Shown here: positions 24,121 through 39,600 of the stretch, piece by piece
Numbering within the stretch: position 1 is the first letter of the stretch
Layout: every line of letters starts with the position of its first letter
Assembly: GCA_013239625.1 (NCBI GenBank)
Contig: MU055744.1
Coordinates: 712,355-776,354, forward strand
DNA: 64,000 bases
Direction: 5' to 3'
DNA from: Lama guanicoe
Taxonomy: Eukaryota
Notes under the pieces: generated by a model
Told to the model about the DNA's origin: nothing
What the model saw: only the letters and a program-made list of their open reading frames with translations
The model's database searches: none
Translations under genes and position numbers: made by a program

Positions 24121-27100
24121 CCCACCACGTACCCCCCTCCCCCCGCGGCATTCACGCCGCTCTCACGCTTGACCAGGGCCTGCGGGCCCCTCGTCCGCGA
24201 CGGTGGCGGGCACTCACCGAGGTCCCCCACTGCCCTCTCCTCTCCCCCTGAAACCCCTGGCTTCCCCTCATCTGCTGTGATGGGGGTGGGACCCCGCCTC
24301 CCTGCACGGACACTCTCCCTCCCTGAGCCTCGCAGGGCCCGGGGCACCAGGAGAGCACCCGCACCTGAGCTCCTGACCGAGCATGCAGACCGCACATCCC
24401 CGCGGGCCGCCTGCTGGCAGCACCTCTCTCCGGGAGCCGGGAGGCCCTGAGCGCACGCCACCCCTGACAGTGCGCCTCTGGCTTCCCCGCAGGTCAGGAC
24501 CCACGAGGTCACGCGCGGCCCGGCCCAGAGCGGGCAGCTGACCCACTGAGGGCACTGGGCTGGCACCAGCGGGCCTGGGACTCCCTTTCCTCCTCAGCAG
24601 CAGCCCCCAGGTCCCGGGGCTGCCCCCACCCCGCCCCGCCCGCAGCCCCGACGGATGTTGACTGGTCGGCCTTTCACCTTCCCAGCAGCCTCCTCTGGCC
24701 TCTCCGTGTGGGAGCTGGAGCCCCGTTTCCCGTCTCCCACCTCACAGACACACTCACTGAGGCTCCGGGAGGGGGTCGCTCTCTCAAGGGCACAGCGTGG
24801 GGGTCCCGAGGCACCACCCCGTGGGCCCCACCCAGAGCTGCCTGGGCTTCTTGGAGATGGAGTGGTGTGCCTGCAGTGCGCTCCCAGCTCCCGTAAACGG
24901 CACAGCCGCTTCTCCCAGGCAGCCCTCCATGGGCAGGTGCGTGCCCCGCTGCCTCACGGACACAGGCGGCCCCAAGTCCACACCTCCGACCCCAGGCCGC
25001 CCCTCCAATCGCTCAGTTTAGCTCTAAAGGCCCCAGCCTCGGCAGCCCGGCGCGGCCCGCCCCGTGGTGCCGCTGCCTCGAACAGCAGCCCTCGCTCGGA
25101 TGACACCCTCATTCTCTCCTCCCACACGTCTCATTCCCGCCCCCACCGCATCAGTGACGCTGGACGGAGCCCCCGGCAGCTCCCGCACCGGCCCAGCCTG
25201 GCGGTCACCGCGGCCTCTGCCTGCACGGCCCCAACGCCCGGGGTGGCAATGGGCGGCCCGTCTTCCTGCCCGGGTCAGGCCGGGCGGCCCGCGGGGATGC
25301 AGCCACCAGGACGCGCAGTGCACAGGCGTCCTCAGCCCTCGCTGAGCCGGGCGTTTTGCTGAGGGAACCCGTTCTGCCTTCTCCAATTAAGAGATTTTAT
25401 CCAGACTGTGTTTCTGCCACAAGCTGAGGAAACTGCGAAGTTTTCGTTGGAGAGCTTTGCGCCCCTGGGGGCTGTGGAGTCGGGAAACGTCTTTGCCCAA
25501 ACGAGGGGGGCCCTCGCTCGTGCTTCCCAGCCTGGAGCGCTGGCGGCGGCTCCCTCTCAACCCGCGCCGGCTCCCACGAGCTGCGCAGGCCTCCCCCGCC
25601 CGCCCGCGGCCCTGCCTGGACCCGCCCCACCAGCCCGGGGCTCCCGCCGCGCACTTGGCCCTGCCTGCGGATCCTGCAGCTAATTTTAGCCAGAGCACTT
25701 CACACTCGTGCAAACGCAGACACGCAGGTAACCTGAGAGGACGGGGGCTTCCTGTCCAAGGCTGCGGGAGGGCGTGCCGTCTGTACGGCGAAAACGAGGG
25801 CAGCACTGGCCTTCCTGATGCCAGCCGCTCTGGCCACAAATCTGCCCCACGCGGGGCCAACCTGGCGGAGCCGCCCGCGTGCGGCTGGGGGAGGATGCTG
25901 GCGTGGGGGCGCGGAGTCCGCACACCTGTGCTTCCATCCCAGCCGAGGGAACCTCAGTGTGTTCCCAGAACGTCTCCTCGTCTGTACAAGGAGGGGGAAG
26001 CAACACCAGCCTGGGGGCTGCTAGAGGGGGGAGCCTGCCCGGCCCTGTGAATGGGCGCTGTGCAACGGCTGCACATGCCAACAAGTGGCATGGAGTGGGC
26101 ACACGCGTGCAGAGCGCCTGGGACCGGCACGCTGCTGCCTTCCTGCCTGGGGGAGCCGGGTGGAGCTGGCCAGGCGGGGCCAGGCTGGGGGACAGGGGGC
26201 AGGGGGCAGAGGGGCTTCTACGAGACACTTTCTTGATGTCCCAGGAGACTTCGCACAGAAAAGGTTCCCCCTTTCCTGTTCAGTCTTCCCTGGCCCAAAC
26301 CGGGCACATTTTACATCTTGCTGAGCTATTTTCCATCATGACTCACAACAGAAAAGAAAGGGCCCCAAACCAGAGAGGGTCTAAACAATTCTCTCCGTGA
26401 TTTGCAGATCACCCGTGGAGGGTGTGAGAGACAGCTTAACATCATTCAGGTGAGTGTTGAAGAAATATCTCCACGCAGCTGGGAACCGCGTACTCCTGCC
26501 CCCAAGGCCCGGCCTCGCCGGCCCACGTCTGTGAGCATCCCCCTGCTACGCGGCCACCACCGGTTCCCGTCCAGTTCTCACCCATGCCGCCAGCCAGGCG
26601 CCGCCCCTCAGTGCCTGGGGTGGAACCTACTCACACCTGCGCGGTGCGGGCTGCGTGTGCCCCCCGGGTCTCTACAAAAGGGCCGGGGGCAGGGGCGGAG
26701 GCGGGATGGTCACGTCCCAGCCCCATCCAACCCTGAAACTGGCCGCAGTGATTAAAGGGTCAGCTTAGTGAACTCGGAGTGGGGACACCCCATCCCCAGA
26801 CCGAAGGCAGCAGAGCCAGTGGCAGGGGCCAGGCTGGCTCATGGCGCATACGACCCTATAAAGGGCGTGGGTCCCACAAACAGCCCCTGTCACCCGAGCG
26901 CCCCTCGATATCTCACTCCAGATGCTGAGGTGCCCAGCCCAGCCTGGGCGGCATATGAGCGAAGCTGTCCCATCCTCCTCCTCTCTGGACCGTGGGAGCA
27001 GCAAGCCTGCGGGCCCCGGGCTGACCGAGGGGCACAGGCGACACACACACTGGGACGGGCCCACCGAGGAAGGAGGCCTGGGCGGTGCTGCGCGGGGGCA

Positions 27101-27294
27101 GCGACACGGGCGCCTGCGCGCTGGCCCCAACAGCTGTGGGGCCTCAAACACATCGCGTGACCGCTCCAGGCCTCCGCGTGTGCGTCTGCAAAAGAAGATA
27201 AGGTCTACCTTGAAGAGAGATCCTGAGGACTCAGCGTGATGGTCTGAGCAGGATGCTTCGTGGGCCTGGCACCCAGGGGGCTGAGACAAAGCAG

Positions 27295-27440
27295 CCACTG
27301 TCATCACCACCATCACTGTCACCATCACCGTCCCCACCACCACCATTGCTACGCCCCCACTGTTAACCTCACCACCACCACCACCGCCGCCGCCGCCGCC
27401 ACCTCCACCCCACAACCGCCATCTTCACCAACACCACCCC
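27295..27440. repeat. Degenerate (CAC/CAT/CGC)n trinucleotide repeat
   Basis: CATCACCACCATCAC...(CAC)n(CGC)n CACCTCCACC. Confidence 0.9.
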
Positions 27441-29049
27441 GTCAGCCCTTGATCCCTCACGAAAGCTCACCAGCCTCTCCCTCTGAAGGCAGGCAGCTCT
27501 GACTGTTCATCTAACCAGCATTCTTCACACCTCTGTGATGAGTTTATGGACACAAAGGTGAATAAACCAGTGTCCCTGACCTCAAGTTCTCATTGCTTCC
27601 TCAAGAGCTGCCCAGACGACCGAGTGACAACTCTGCCCGGGGAGGTCAAGGCAGGCATCCTGGGCGGGGGGCTCGGAGGGCGCCTGGTGGAGGAGGTGGA
27701 TGCTGGAGGCCATATTCACATCCTGTTCGTGGTCCTCACTCCGCCACCTCCTCATCCGCCATCGTCCCCCCTGGCGAGACGCTCCACCTCCGGCGCCAGC
27801 ACCCCCCAGCACCCCTCATCACCCGCAGCCCAGGCTCAGACCTCGGGTCTTCCCGCAGCTTCGCTGGGCACAGTCCGGCCCTCCTTCCAGCATCCCGCCC
27901 TCTGTTCCGCCCCTCATGCTGCCACATCCCACCGGCTCGCTGGCGGGCTCAGCCTGCCTGGACCCCTGCACCTCCCCCTCGGGGATGTCCTTCGGCCGCA
28001 TCGCCCGCCCACCCTGCATCTGCACAGTTGGCTACTTTGAACCCAAGGGTGGAAATTCACACTGATCCTCACTGCATGTCACTTCCTTGGTTCCAGAACA
28101 CGGTGCCAGCCTGAAACACCTTTCTGCTGCTTGTTCTGTCAACCAGGAGAACGATTCAGCATCGTCTGTGACAGGCAGACCCCTGCCCCCCGGGGGACCT
28201 TCCTGCAGGTCCACAGCCACGGCGGGGGACCTCTCGCTTACACGCAAAACACGTGCATCCCTGCCAGGGGGCCGGGCAGGGGGAGTGGCCGAGAGGGGTT
28301 CATTTTAGAGGCCGGGGCTGGTCCCCACACCCCATGCCAGCGCCCTCGTTCTGAGCAGACTTTGCGCTGTGATCTAGCGCCTCAAGCACAGGGGCATCGT
28401 GAATACAAGGCCACGTGACTTGACGACTGGTCCCGGCCACCTCGACTGCAAACACTCACTGCTGGACGCAAGAGGGCTGGGGCGAGAGCGGCTGGCTTCT
28501 GGAGACAGTCTGCCCCTCCCGACTCCTGAAAAGTGGCTTCAAACACCAGCTCCCAGAAGCACGCTCTGTAAGCAGAGGGCTGGGCTCTGGAGGAGGCCGT
28601 GTGGAAGCCAAGCCTGAGGTGTGGGTCAGAGGCACCTCAGTGCCCTCGGGTCCCGGCTGCCGCCTGCTTGCTCCCCAGACCTTTCTGAGAGATCTGCTTG
28701 TGGACAGACTCTGGACTGGCTGCAGCTGGACAGACACCACCTGGAGGGGCCTGGAAAATGCAGCGGAGACCAGAGAACAGTGATTCCAGATGGAAAGTGA
28801 GCAGGGCCAGGCCTAGGGGGAGGGGCAGGAAGGAGGGGGTCACTTTAACTGGGGACACTCGTAGTCCTTGGAACTCAAGAAGGACCGGGAACCAGGCGCT
28901 GGCTGGAGGGTCACCCTCCAGAGGGGAGGGAGCGGGCAGTGACTGTCATGACGGAGGATGAGACCCCTAAAGGGGCAGGGACAGGAGTCTGACACTGGGG
29001 TCCAGCAATACCCTCCTGCACCTGATCCAGGGAAGGGTCCAGACCGGGG

Positions 29050-29200
29050 CCCGAAGTCCAGCCCTGCACTGACTTCCCTGCTGTGTGACCTTAGGCAGGT
29101 GGCTCTACCTCTCTGGGCTCCTCGGAGCCAATACAATGCATGTCTCCCAGGCCCCGTGAAGACTCGTCAGGTGGAAGAGACCGAACAGTGCCGCCTCCAC
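29050..29200 (+). mobile_element. MIR SINE remnant (approximate)
   Basis: GAAGTCCAGCCCTGCACTGACTTCCCTGCTGTGTGACCTTAGGCAGGTGGCTCTACCTCTCTGGGC. Confidence 0.65.
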
Positions 29201-32200
29201 ACGTGCCTGAACATCCTGGTGCCGAGCGCTTCCAGACAAACTGGGGGCCCAGACGGGAACCGGCTGGCATGACTTCCCACGTCCTCAGAGATCAAGGCGG
29301 CAGCAGCCATCAAAGGCCTCTGACGAACGCTCTGCTCTGCAGGGCCGTCAGAGGCCCCGCCTCCCGGCCCCTCCAACCCCGGGGCGCCCTCGGCAGGGGA
29401 CACCAAGCCTTGAGAGCCAACCCCGTCCAGAGACCTCCTCCTGAGGTGGTGGACGGGTTCACAGGGCGATTCTCCCTGCAGACGCCGGCCTGGGGAGCCC
29501 CCCCACCTCAGAGGGGTCTCATCACGCCCACAGCCTCACAGCCATGGCCCTGCACACGGTCTGCAGGGAGGACGGAATCCAGCCCCTCGTCCACCTGCAG
29601 ACCCTCGCCCCCTCCAGCCTGCCCACCGCAGGCAGGGCGGTACCCACAGCCACGGGACCGTTACTGTCACGATAACCGAGGTAGGAAGCACCCCCCCTCC
29701 CCAGGTGGCCAGGACCGCCTGCAAAGTCACGTGTCGCGCGTGCGCCCCAGGGCCCTCCCGCGGCCTGCGGGCCACCAGGCACCCAGCCTCCCACCGGACC
29801 CACAGTGCAGAAAGTCCCGTGCGAGCCGCGGGAAGGGGCCCTGCTGCTCCCGGTCTCCAGGGAACAGCCTGCAGCCCTCTGGGCCAGGCAGCAGGAGGTC
29901 CCAGGTCCGCAGCTCACGGGCAGAAGCAGGGCCCGCCTGACGCTGTGGGGTCTCTCCGGCCCCCTCCTCGCCAAGCCCCGGGTGGAGACACCCCTCCCCT
30001 GACCCTGGCTGCTTGACTCCACAGGGATCCCGAGCACCCAGGGGGACCCAGGCCAGCATTCCCCACCCCCGGAAACCCCTGCTCACCTGAGGAGCGATTC
30101 CAGACGAAAGCCCCTGGCTCAGACATCAACACGAGACTGTGCAATCTCGCCACCGTCACCCTGCCCCCGCCGGCCTCTGCTGAGGGTCACACCCTCCCTG
30201 ATGCCCTGCTGGCCACTGGCCCCACCCCGCATGCTCCCAGCCATCTGCCCCAGGCAAGGGTCCAGGCCTTCCTGGACCTGAACCGGAGATCGAAACGCAC
30301 CTCCAACTCCCCGCACGTGGTCCTCAGCGGCCAGTCAGCCACCCACACAGACCAGAAGCTGCAGAGGTGGCACTGGAGCAACAGATGGGGTCAGACTGAC
30401 AAAGCCGTGGGGAGTGGACAGATGGAGAAAAGCGCCAACGAGGCGCGCCCAGCCGCCCTCAGCCCCCGCAGGAGGAGCGCGCGCCCAGCAAAGCGTCCCC
30501 GAGTGTGACGGGACCCAGGGGGCCCACACAGCCCGGCCCCGCAGCAGCCCCACACCACACCCCTCGCCACCCAGGTGCGCGCTGGTCAGCTCGCGTTCAC
30601 CAGACTGGGTCCTGCACCCCAGGGGGCCCGGGACAGGCTGCTCCTGGAGGAGTCCGGGGTCAGAGGTCACAGCCTCGGCCTGACACCCGCTCACGGCACC
30701 CTCTCCTTCGAGACCTTGCTGCCAGGTCCCGTTCACGTCGCAGAGGAGGAATCCCGGGCCGCCTTCCCGGCGGTGGCCCCGCTCCTGCCCCAGGAAAGCT
30801 CAATTCCAAGGCCATGTGAGTGGGAAAGCCAGGCCCCCGGAAAAAGGGACCCAGGGATCACGTAAGGCACCGGGCCTCTCCAAACGGCTGAGGGAGGGCA
30901 GACGGAGCCGGGCTGGGTGGCGCAGGCAGCGCCGTCACCTCCCCGCCAGCACCGGGGGTGCCGCGAGGAACGCTCTAGTTCGCAGTGTTTGGTCTGCTGC
31001 CCCTTGGAACGTTCAACAGCTGAAAAGCAGATCTGGATCTTGGCCCAGAGCTCACGGGCTCCCCGCCCCCCGGGGCAGGCTCCGCCTCCAGGCCCACTCC
31101 TGTTCAAGGCTCACCCCAGAGGAGGGTCCCTCCACCGCAGAGCCCCTCCCCACCGTCCCACCCTCCAGACCCCTGCATGGGGAACACCAGACACGGGCCA
31201 GCTCCAGACCCACGGAGGAGCCAAGGGATGTGTGGGGCCCACCAGGCCGTCCCCACATTTCACAGCCCAGGCCATTGAGGGTGCGGGGCTGGCCAAGGCC
31301 ACCAGGCACACAGGGAAGGCCAGCTCGGACAGCCAGGCCCCGGCAAGCAGCTTGTGCTGGCCCCTCCTGGAAGGCGCCAGGGGGTTCCGGTGTCCTCAGG
31401 GCCAGTGCAGGACGAGGGCCAGAGCCAGGCCAGGCACCCACCAGCACCACCAGACCTCCGGGGATGCGCCCTGGGGGGGGGGGTTCTGTTTCCTTGGTCA
31501 GGTGGACAGAGGTGCCAGGGAGGCTGTGACCGTAACACCCGCCCTCCGTCGCAACATCAGGACAGGCATCGGCCCTCAGCAACCACAGACCTGGGGACCA
31601 GCCCCGCTGCACTGCAGCTGTGCTGGGTGACCTGCGGTGGGTGACTCAGCCTCTCGGGCACTGGCTTACCGAGTGCGGGAGCTGTGTTGTCACGGGGCCC
31701 TGCTGGCGGCCCTGACTGGCTTCCCACCCAGCTTTGCCACTCCCCACGTCCTGCCGGACGCGCTGGCCCTCCAGGCAGTCTTGTCTGCGCTTCCGAAAAC
31801 ACAGCGCCTGTTCCTAAGCCCACGCAGGGAGGCGTGCGAGGCACCTCTGTAAGGACCTGACGCTCGGCCCCGACCTCCCCCAGTAGCAGAGCCTGGGCGG
31901 GGCAGGACAAAGCCCTGGGGCCCCCAGCTGCTCACAGTCCCAGGACACAGGCGCATCCCAGAAGAGGTGACGCGGGACACGCAGCGCCCCGGGAACACCA
32001 CCGTGGGCGCCCCCCACCGGCAGCTCCTCGGGCAGCCCCTCAGGGCGCCCCCTCCAGAGCAGGGCCACGCCTCTGGGGACCAAGGCGGCAGGACCCCCAG
32101 CCAGGCCATTTCCTTTGGGCTTCTCGACACAGGGGGTTGCCCGTGAGCCCAGGCGGCTCCATTGTCTGAGCTCAGCGTCCTGTCTCTAAGGCGGTGGGAG

Positions 32201-32444
32201 CCCCAGCACCTAACTCACCAGGTGAGTCTGGAAAAGCAGAGATAAAGGACAGCTCGTGACCCTGCACGAGAGAGAGAGCACCCCTTGGTCACGGCCACTA
32301 CCACGGCCGATGTCGCAGGCAGGTGGATGCTGACATGGGCCAGGACGGCCACGGCTCTGCCCACCATGTCCGTGTGGTTCGCTGTGGCCCTCGGGGGTCA
32401 GACCCCACCTGGCCGCCCCACGACCCACGGCACTGGCCCCGCTG

Positions 32445-32515
32445 CGCCGTTTTACAGATGAGGACACTGGGCTTGGAGACATGCAGTGTGGGCTCCAGGC
32501 CACCAGCTGTGGGGA
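32445..32515 (-). mobile_element. MIR SINE core remnant (approximate)
   Basis: CCGTTTTACAGATGAGGACACTGGGCTTGGAGA. Confidence 0.6.
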
Positions 32516-34534
32516 CTGGGCTGTGCACCCCACTTCCTCCCCGGGTGGCTCTGGAAGGACTGGATGTCCAACGTCCCTACAGCAGGGCAGCGCCATCAGG
32601 ATCAGGCTCACACCAGGGCTGGCGAGGCCGAGGGAGCCCGGGGCCGCTGCCCCCCGTCCCAGCCACACACGCGGGGCTGCACCGCAGGAAGCATTTATTT
32701 ATCTTGGCCCTGAGGGCCTCCATCTCTGACTCTTACCCTCAGTGGCACTGCACTTTGGACAAAGGGGGCCTGTGTGGGGCCACGCGCACCCCAGGAAGAA
32801 CCCCGGTGGCCCCTACATTCTCTCGAGAGTTGGGTAAATCCCTGTTTGGAAACCGCACAAAACACACCACTCAGCATGTGCCGGCGGCGACTTGGCCCCG
32901 CACCAAAGTACCCAGAATCCTTCCGGCTCCCCCTGCCTCACTTCAGGACAAACTGGCTTTTAATGAGAGGAAGTCCGTCCAGGGGAAGGATGTGGCTGCT
33001 GGGGAAGCAGTTTTCAGCGGTGCTGGCCCCTCCTTTTAAAGGGACGGGAATTCCCAAGAACCGAAGTGGTTAAAACAGCAAGTGTGTACTTGGGATCTGC
33101 TGGAGCATGAAGTTACATCACTCTAATAGCAAAAGAAATAAAAACTCTTGTCTCACTCGGCCTGAGACAGAGTGGCGGGGACACGAGGACACCCAGCCAA
33201 CCTGCTCCTTGCGCTGGGAGGGGCACCCGAAGGCATTGCCGCCTTCCGTTGGTCTTTAGGGAAGACAGGGCACATTTTCCAACGTGAGCACATCCGACAG
33301 CCAGGGAGGCCCGGAGCGAGGGAGATGCTGCCTCCAGAACATGAACGCCTTGCGGCTCACAGAAGTCTGGTGCCCGGCGGCCACTCCCGCTCAAGTTGAG
33401 AGCCACGACCAGGAAGAAGGGCTCCCCGGAGTTCTGAACATCTTCCTGGGCCACTGATTCCGTCCAAAGCCCGCCTGCCTTCAGCCACAGAACGGGACCT
33501 ACCTTGTGTGCCGGAAGGCCAGGCAGAGGGGGAAACCCGGCGCTCTCCGGTTCAAGACCCGTTCTTCCTGAAAATGACAAATGGGCTTCCTTCTCTGGTC
33601 TTGAACGTGGGTGACCACAACGGGATGCTGGCTGCGGGCCAGGCACAGGCGGCGGTTCTCACGCACGCCTCGCGCGCACGAGCTTCCCGGGGAGGCGAGG
33701 CAGCCACCCAGGAGCTCACGGCATGTGAGCGGCGGAGCCAGGCTCCGCCCCCGGCACGTCCCTCCAGTGACGGAGACTCGACAGGCCTGTGCTCACGGCA
33801 AAGCAGCTGTTCTGGCTCTTCATTCAGGATCCTGATTTTTTTTTAAGATGCGTAACGCTTGTTTCTGGATCTTTACAGTAAGACACCCTCTCCGCTCACC
33901 AAAGGCGCTAGACATTAGAAAGAGATGACCGCACAGAAAAGCTGCCGCACAACCCGTGAAATCAAACCCCGCGCACGGCCCGCCCAGGCGCACCCACCCG
34001 CCTCCGCGTTCAGACCTCGAGCAGAACAGGCAGCGGCAGTGACCCCGGCTCCCGGGCGCCCAAGCCCAGCGCGTCCCAGCTGAGCCCGGCGAGCCCAGGT
34101 GAGCCCCACTGTCTCTCAGTGTAGAGTCTTGGCACCCATGTTTTACAGGTGAGTCTTGAAGCTCCCCACACCACCTGCTTTACCTGGATCCTCCTGCCAG
34201 CAAGATGTCTACACCAGCAAAAGCCCAGTCCCAGTTCATGAGACCCCCCCCCAGAAGCCGCGCCAGCCTGGCCATCCTGCAGTTCATCCCGTCTCTGGGC
34301 AAGTCTGACAGTGCCAGCCGGATCGAGGCACCCAGCCGTCCCGGACGCCTGCTCCGCAGAACGGCTGCCAAGATCAGCAGGACCACAGACCCCCCCTTCA
34401 CGTGCTGCCCCGCCCTCCTCGCTTCCAAGTGAGGCGGCCGTTCTGGTCTCTCCCTGAGGCTCCACGTCTGACCTACTGGGCTCCAGGCCGCCCTTCCACC
34501 TGCTCCAACGTGGATTTATCAAGAACAGCTGGCT

Positions 34535-34715
34535 GCCACGTGCCAAGTACTTACTACAAGCATTCAACCTCGTGTAATTTTTGCCACGTTCTTCAAAGTA
34601 GCTGCCTTCGTGACCCCATTTCACAGATGGAGATACTGAGGCTTAGAAAGGTCAGAACACCCTGCCCGAGGCCTGGGATCAGCACAGGAGAGAATGGAGA
34701 GTTTGGCCCTGAGCC
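34535..34715 (-). mobile_element. MIR SINE (approximate)
   Basis: CACGTGCCAAGTACTTACTACAAGCATT...CCCCATTTCACAGATGGAGATACTGAGGCTTAGAAAGGTCAGAACACCCTGCCCGAGG. Confidence 0.75.
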
Positions 34716-34921
34716 CGGCCGGCCCCTGAAGTTCGCCAAATCCTGCCACGTGGCCCCAGTAGGACCCAGTAGAGAGATGAGGCCCAAACTTCATTCTCCC
34801 CACGTGCTCAAAGCCCGACAGCCCGTTCGACCACCTGTTTCCACTGGCAGATACTCCTCCTACCGTTAAATAGAAGCAGCTTTCCTTCCCTGGGGCCCCC
34901 GGCTTGGCTGGCCCCAGGTTA

Positions 34922-35212
<291 letters not shown>

Positions 35213-36109
35213 TCACAAAATAGCGGCATGAGGGACCCTGCTGCCAAAGCCCTGCAGACCTGGGAAGGAGTCCTGCTTCCCACAGCGTGGCGGGGGCCAA
35301 CTGCTCCGCACCGACTCCCTGCAGTCAGGTAGGCTTGGGCACGGGTCCACACCGCGTGCACGTGAGACCCCCGCACTCAGGCCCCAGGTGTCTCACGTCT
35401 GGGGCGAGGCCAGCCGTCCAGCCCCAAGCAGAGCCGTGAAACCGGGCGTGGGCTGGTCAGCGGGTCAGAGGCGGGGAGGCCTGGTGGTGCACCCTTGTGC
35501 TGCTCGGCTTCTCCGACAGCAAACTGCAGGCTGTCAGAGAAGCTGAGTCTGATGGGAAATGGTGGAATTGACGGGCCTCCGTGAAACTCTCGATGAGAAA
35601 CGCGGGAATCACAACCTGGGGTCTTCAAGGATCACGACACGCGGCCTCAGACGTGTCAGCCACAGAAGAGGTGACTTCCAAGCTACCAGGGTTTAGGGGT
35701 GCAGCCAACAGAGAATTCTGGAAAGACTTGGCTGTTTTGGGTTTTGTTTTTTAAAGTCACTCACTCCCACACCTGTGTCTGTATCCTTAAGGGTACAGTT
35801 TTAAATCCTTTCAGGACAGTCTGGGTGGAACTACACAATCTCCCTTGTCCCCTTGGACACTAAGAGGCCAGCATCTGATGTAGTTCAGTGCAGTTTACAA
35901 AGGGGACATGGAAGTCGGGGAGAAGAAAGGTTCCCCAGAGCCACAGAGGGTGACCCAAGACCAAGACGCCCAGCCTGGCTCTCTCTCTGCCTGGCGCCCA
36001 CCTGTGGGCGTGCCGGCACCATCCTGCTATGATGTCCTCGGTTTGGCCAGGGAGCTTTATGGCCTCCCCTGACCCCCAGCGGGAGAGGTGTGCTGAGTGA
36101 TGCCACTTA

Positions 36110-36625
<516 letters not shown>

Positions 36626-39600
36626 CTAATGAGAACTTTCCAGAACGTGAGCTTCCTCTGGGCAGGGGCTGTTTCTGCCGTGCCTACAGCTGTACCTGGC
36701 AGAGTGTGACTCCTCTGGCGCCCTCTGGAGGGAGAGAGGAGCAGGAGACGGGGAAGGAAGGCAAGGGGGGGTCATGGCTAGAACCACGCTTTTTGACATT
36801 TCGCGGCTGATATGCAAACCAGAGAAAAAGAAAATAAATCAAAAGACGTCAATTCAAACTTAAAAAGGAAAACCAAACACTGGTACGTCTGGGGCAGGGA
36901 AAGCGCCTTACAACACAGGCTGGAAACGGTCTGAAGGTGCGTGTTAAAAGCCAGACCCAAGCTGGCCCGGCCGAGGGCGCCAGGCCTGCTGTAACCCAGG
37001 GCACTCCACACCCACAAACAGCCCCCGCGCCCTTGGTCCGCGGCGTGACCGGAAACCCGGCCCCTCCTCCCGTCCATCGACCCTGGTGGTGGCGTCAGTG
37101 GCTCTCTCTCCGGCTGAAATCTGCAGTTGTGCTGAGAGCGAGGGCCGGGCTGAGCGCTGGCGAGTGGATCATCTCAGTGGATCATCACCGGGCATCTCAG
37201 AACCCGGCAGAGGGAGCCGGCCCCGAGGGGCCGCAACGGGGACACGTGGCTGGGGAAGGGCTGGAGCCCAGCTGCTGGTCCTGGGCGAGGCAGAGCCCAC
37301 GCCAGAGCCCCCACTCCGTCAGACCAAGGTCACAAAGTCAACCAGGAGGCCTGGAAGGCCTTCGGGGCCCCGCGGGGCAGCAGAGCAGGGGCTGGCTCAG
37401 CTTCCCGCAGGGAGGTCATTATCCGTGGGTGCCCTCTGCTGGCGGAACCGCCGTGCGGCCGGGCAGCCGGCCTCTGCTTCTGGTCCCTGGATGGGGGATG
37501 CTGCAGGTGCCCCCTGGGGGGAGCGGCTGCCAAGGCCCGCGAGCGGAGGAGAAACCCCCTGCGGCCCCGGAAGACCCGGGCAGAGGGGTCTTGCTAGGGC
37601 GACGGCCAGAGGGCCCGCAGCCGAGAAACCCGCTGGGGCCCAACAGAGTTGTGCGAGGTCTCAAGGCCGTGACGAAGGCCGGTGGGAACCCGTCCCGAGG
37701 ACCCCAAGCCCTGGCCAAGGCGAGGACTCCGAAAGGCCCAGGGCTCGCAGCCCAGGCTCCAGCACCGTGCTGAGGAGCTGGATGGTGTAATCTGTTTGCT
37801 GTGCTCAGCTCTGCGGCCCGGCCCTCCCCCACAGGGGGCCCGGCTCAAGGTCCCCAGTCCCGGAGCAGAGGGACAGCTCCAACTGGCAGGTGATGGTGGT
37901 CAGCGTGGCCATCTCTCTGAGGAAAGGCCAGCTCCACTGAGGAACCCGCTCAGACCGCCCATCCACAGACGGACGCCATTTGGAAAGGGGGCTGCTGAGG
38001 CCACTAGTATCACTCAGCTGTCCCTCCACACTGTCCTCCAAACATGGGAAGTGAGGGAAATCGAGGACCCCGGCCTTCGTGAACAGCCGTGGGCAGGGAG
38101 GGGCTCTGCATGCAGCCCCGGGGGAGACCCCGGCCAGGCCAGCGCCAGGACCTCATGGCCCCTTCAGTCCTGGGGGTGAGCGGGCACTGAGGGCCCAGCT
38201 GGCGTTTGACCCGAAGGATCCCAGCGGTCACTGCCCACGTCTGCTGCCCCGTGTTTCAACCGCTGCGGGGACACAGTCTCAGCCCAGGCAGCCCGGACGG
38301 GTAGATGGCACTTCACGACCATCTCTGTCCTGGCAAAACGACGGCAGATTCCCTGCCACTTCCGATGGTCCACTCTAGTCCTGACCGGGCCGGGCGCAGA
38401 CGCGCTTCACAATCCCCGCTGTCTGCGGAAGCTCGCCTGCTGTCGGACGTGTCGTATTTTATTTCTCAGAGAAGTCGAAGTTGAGGGGCGCGCTGGGCAA
38501 GAGGCCCGCTTACGTCCTTAGATCATTTCCTTGTCACTTGGGCTGAGGCCCAAAGGCACTGCGGCCATGTAGGTAGACAGTGGGAGTTTAATAAATGCAT
38601 TTGCTATTAAACTGAATTCTACTCAGCCCACGGTTTGGGGCGAGATGTCCTGCTGGACGGAGGCAGACTCCGCAGCTCCGCCCACGGCGGGAGTTGGGAG
38701 AGGGAACGCCACTACACCTGCCCCGCCTCGGACCCTGAGCAGGACCGGAGCCTCAGGAGGGAGCACAATGGGGCGAGGACCCCAGTTCTGGGCAGGAGGA
38801 CAGAGGAGGGGGCTGAGTGGTCACTGGGACACTGCCCTGTCTGGGTGTCTTTAGAGGGGACGGCTTGGACCTGGGTGACGGCAGGCGGCCACGCTGGTTC
38901 AGTGGACGCGGGGGCACCCCACCAGGGGCCGGGGAGTCCCCGGGATGTCAGGTGGCCTCACGTGACACACTTGCCTGCTGTATTCAAGGAGGGCCCTTAA
39001 CGTCTTCTTCTAGGGCCTCAGCCGGTCTCACCCTGGTGTGACGTCCTTGCCCCCACGTCAGGCAGGTGGTGACAAGGCCCGGGAACCCCTCCAAGGCAAG
39101 CAGTGAGATCCTCTCTGGTTTGTTGGTGGCGTCCACTCCCCGCAAAGCATCACGGGCCTGGCTTCTGCTTCCATCCTCCCAGCTTGGCCTTCACGGTGCC
39201 GGGCCGCCCGGCGCCAACCCCCGGGAAAGGCCAGCGACTCAGAACCCAGCTCCCAGTCCCAATGACCTCAGAACACGGACACGGGCTCTAAGCAAGACTG
39301 GAAAATCCTCTTAGAATCGGGATGGGGGAGGGGCAAGAGTTTGGGATTAACACGTAAAACAGGTGACCAGCGAGGGCCCGCTGTGCAGCGCGGGGGCCAC
39401 AGGCAGCAGCCTGGAACAACCCCCGACAGCGAGAATGGGGAGAGCAGGTGCACACAGCTGAGCCGCCTGTGCGCCCGCAGCACTGGACCACCGCGCTCAC
39501 ACCCAAAACTCAGCATCAAACCTTAAAACCAGAAGACATGAATCAGGGAGGAGGTGGTCTCCGTCTGGATGGCAAGCACAGAGTACAACGGACGGCCCCG

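Noticed and set aside
26765-27502. Poly-Gly / poly-His / poly-Thr ORFs
   Set aside because: They are translations of the (CAC)n/(CGC)n microsatellite.
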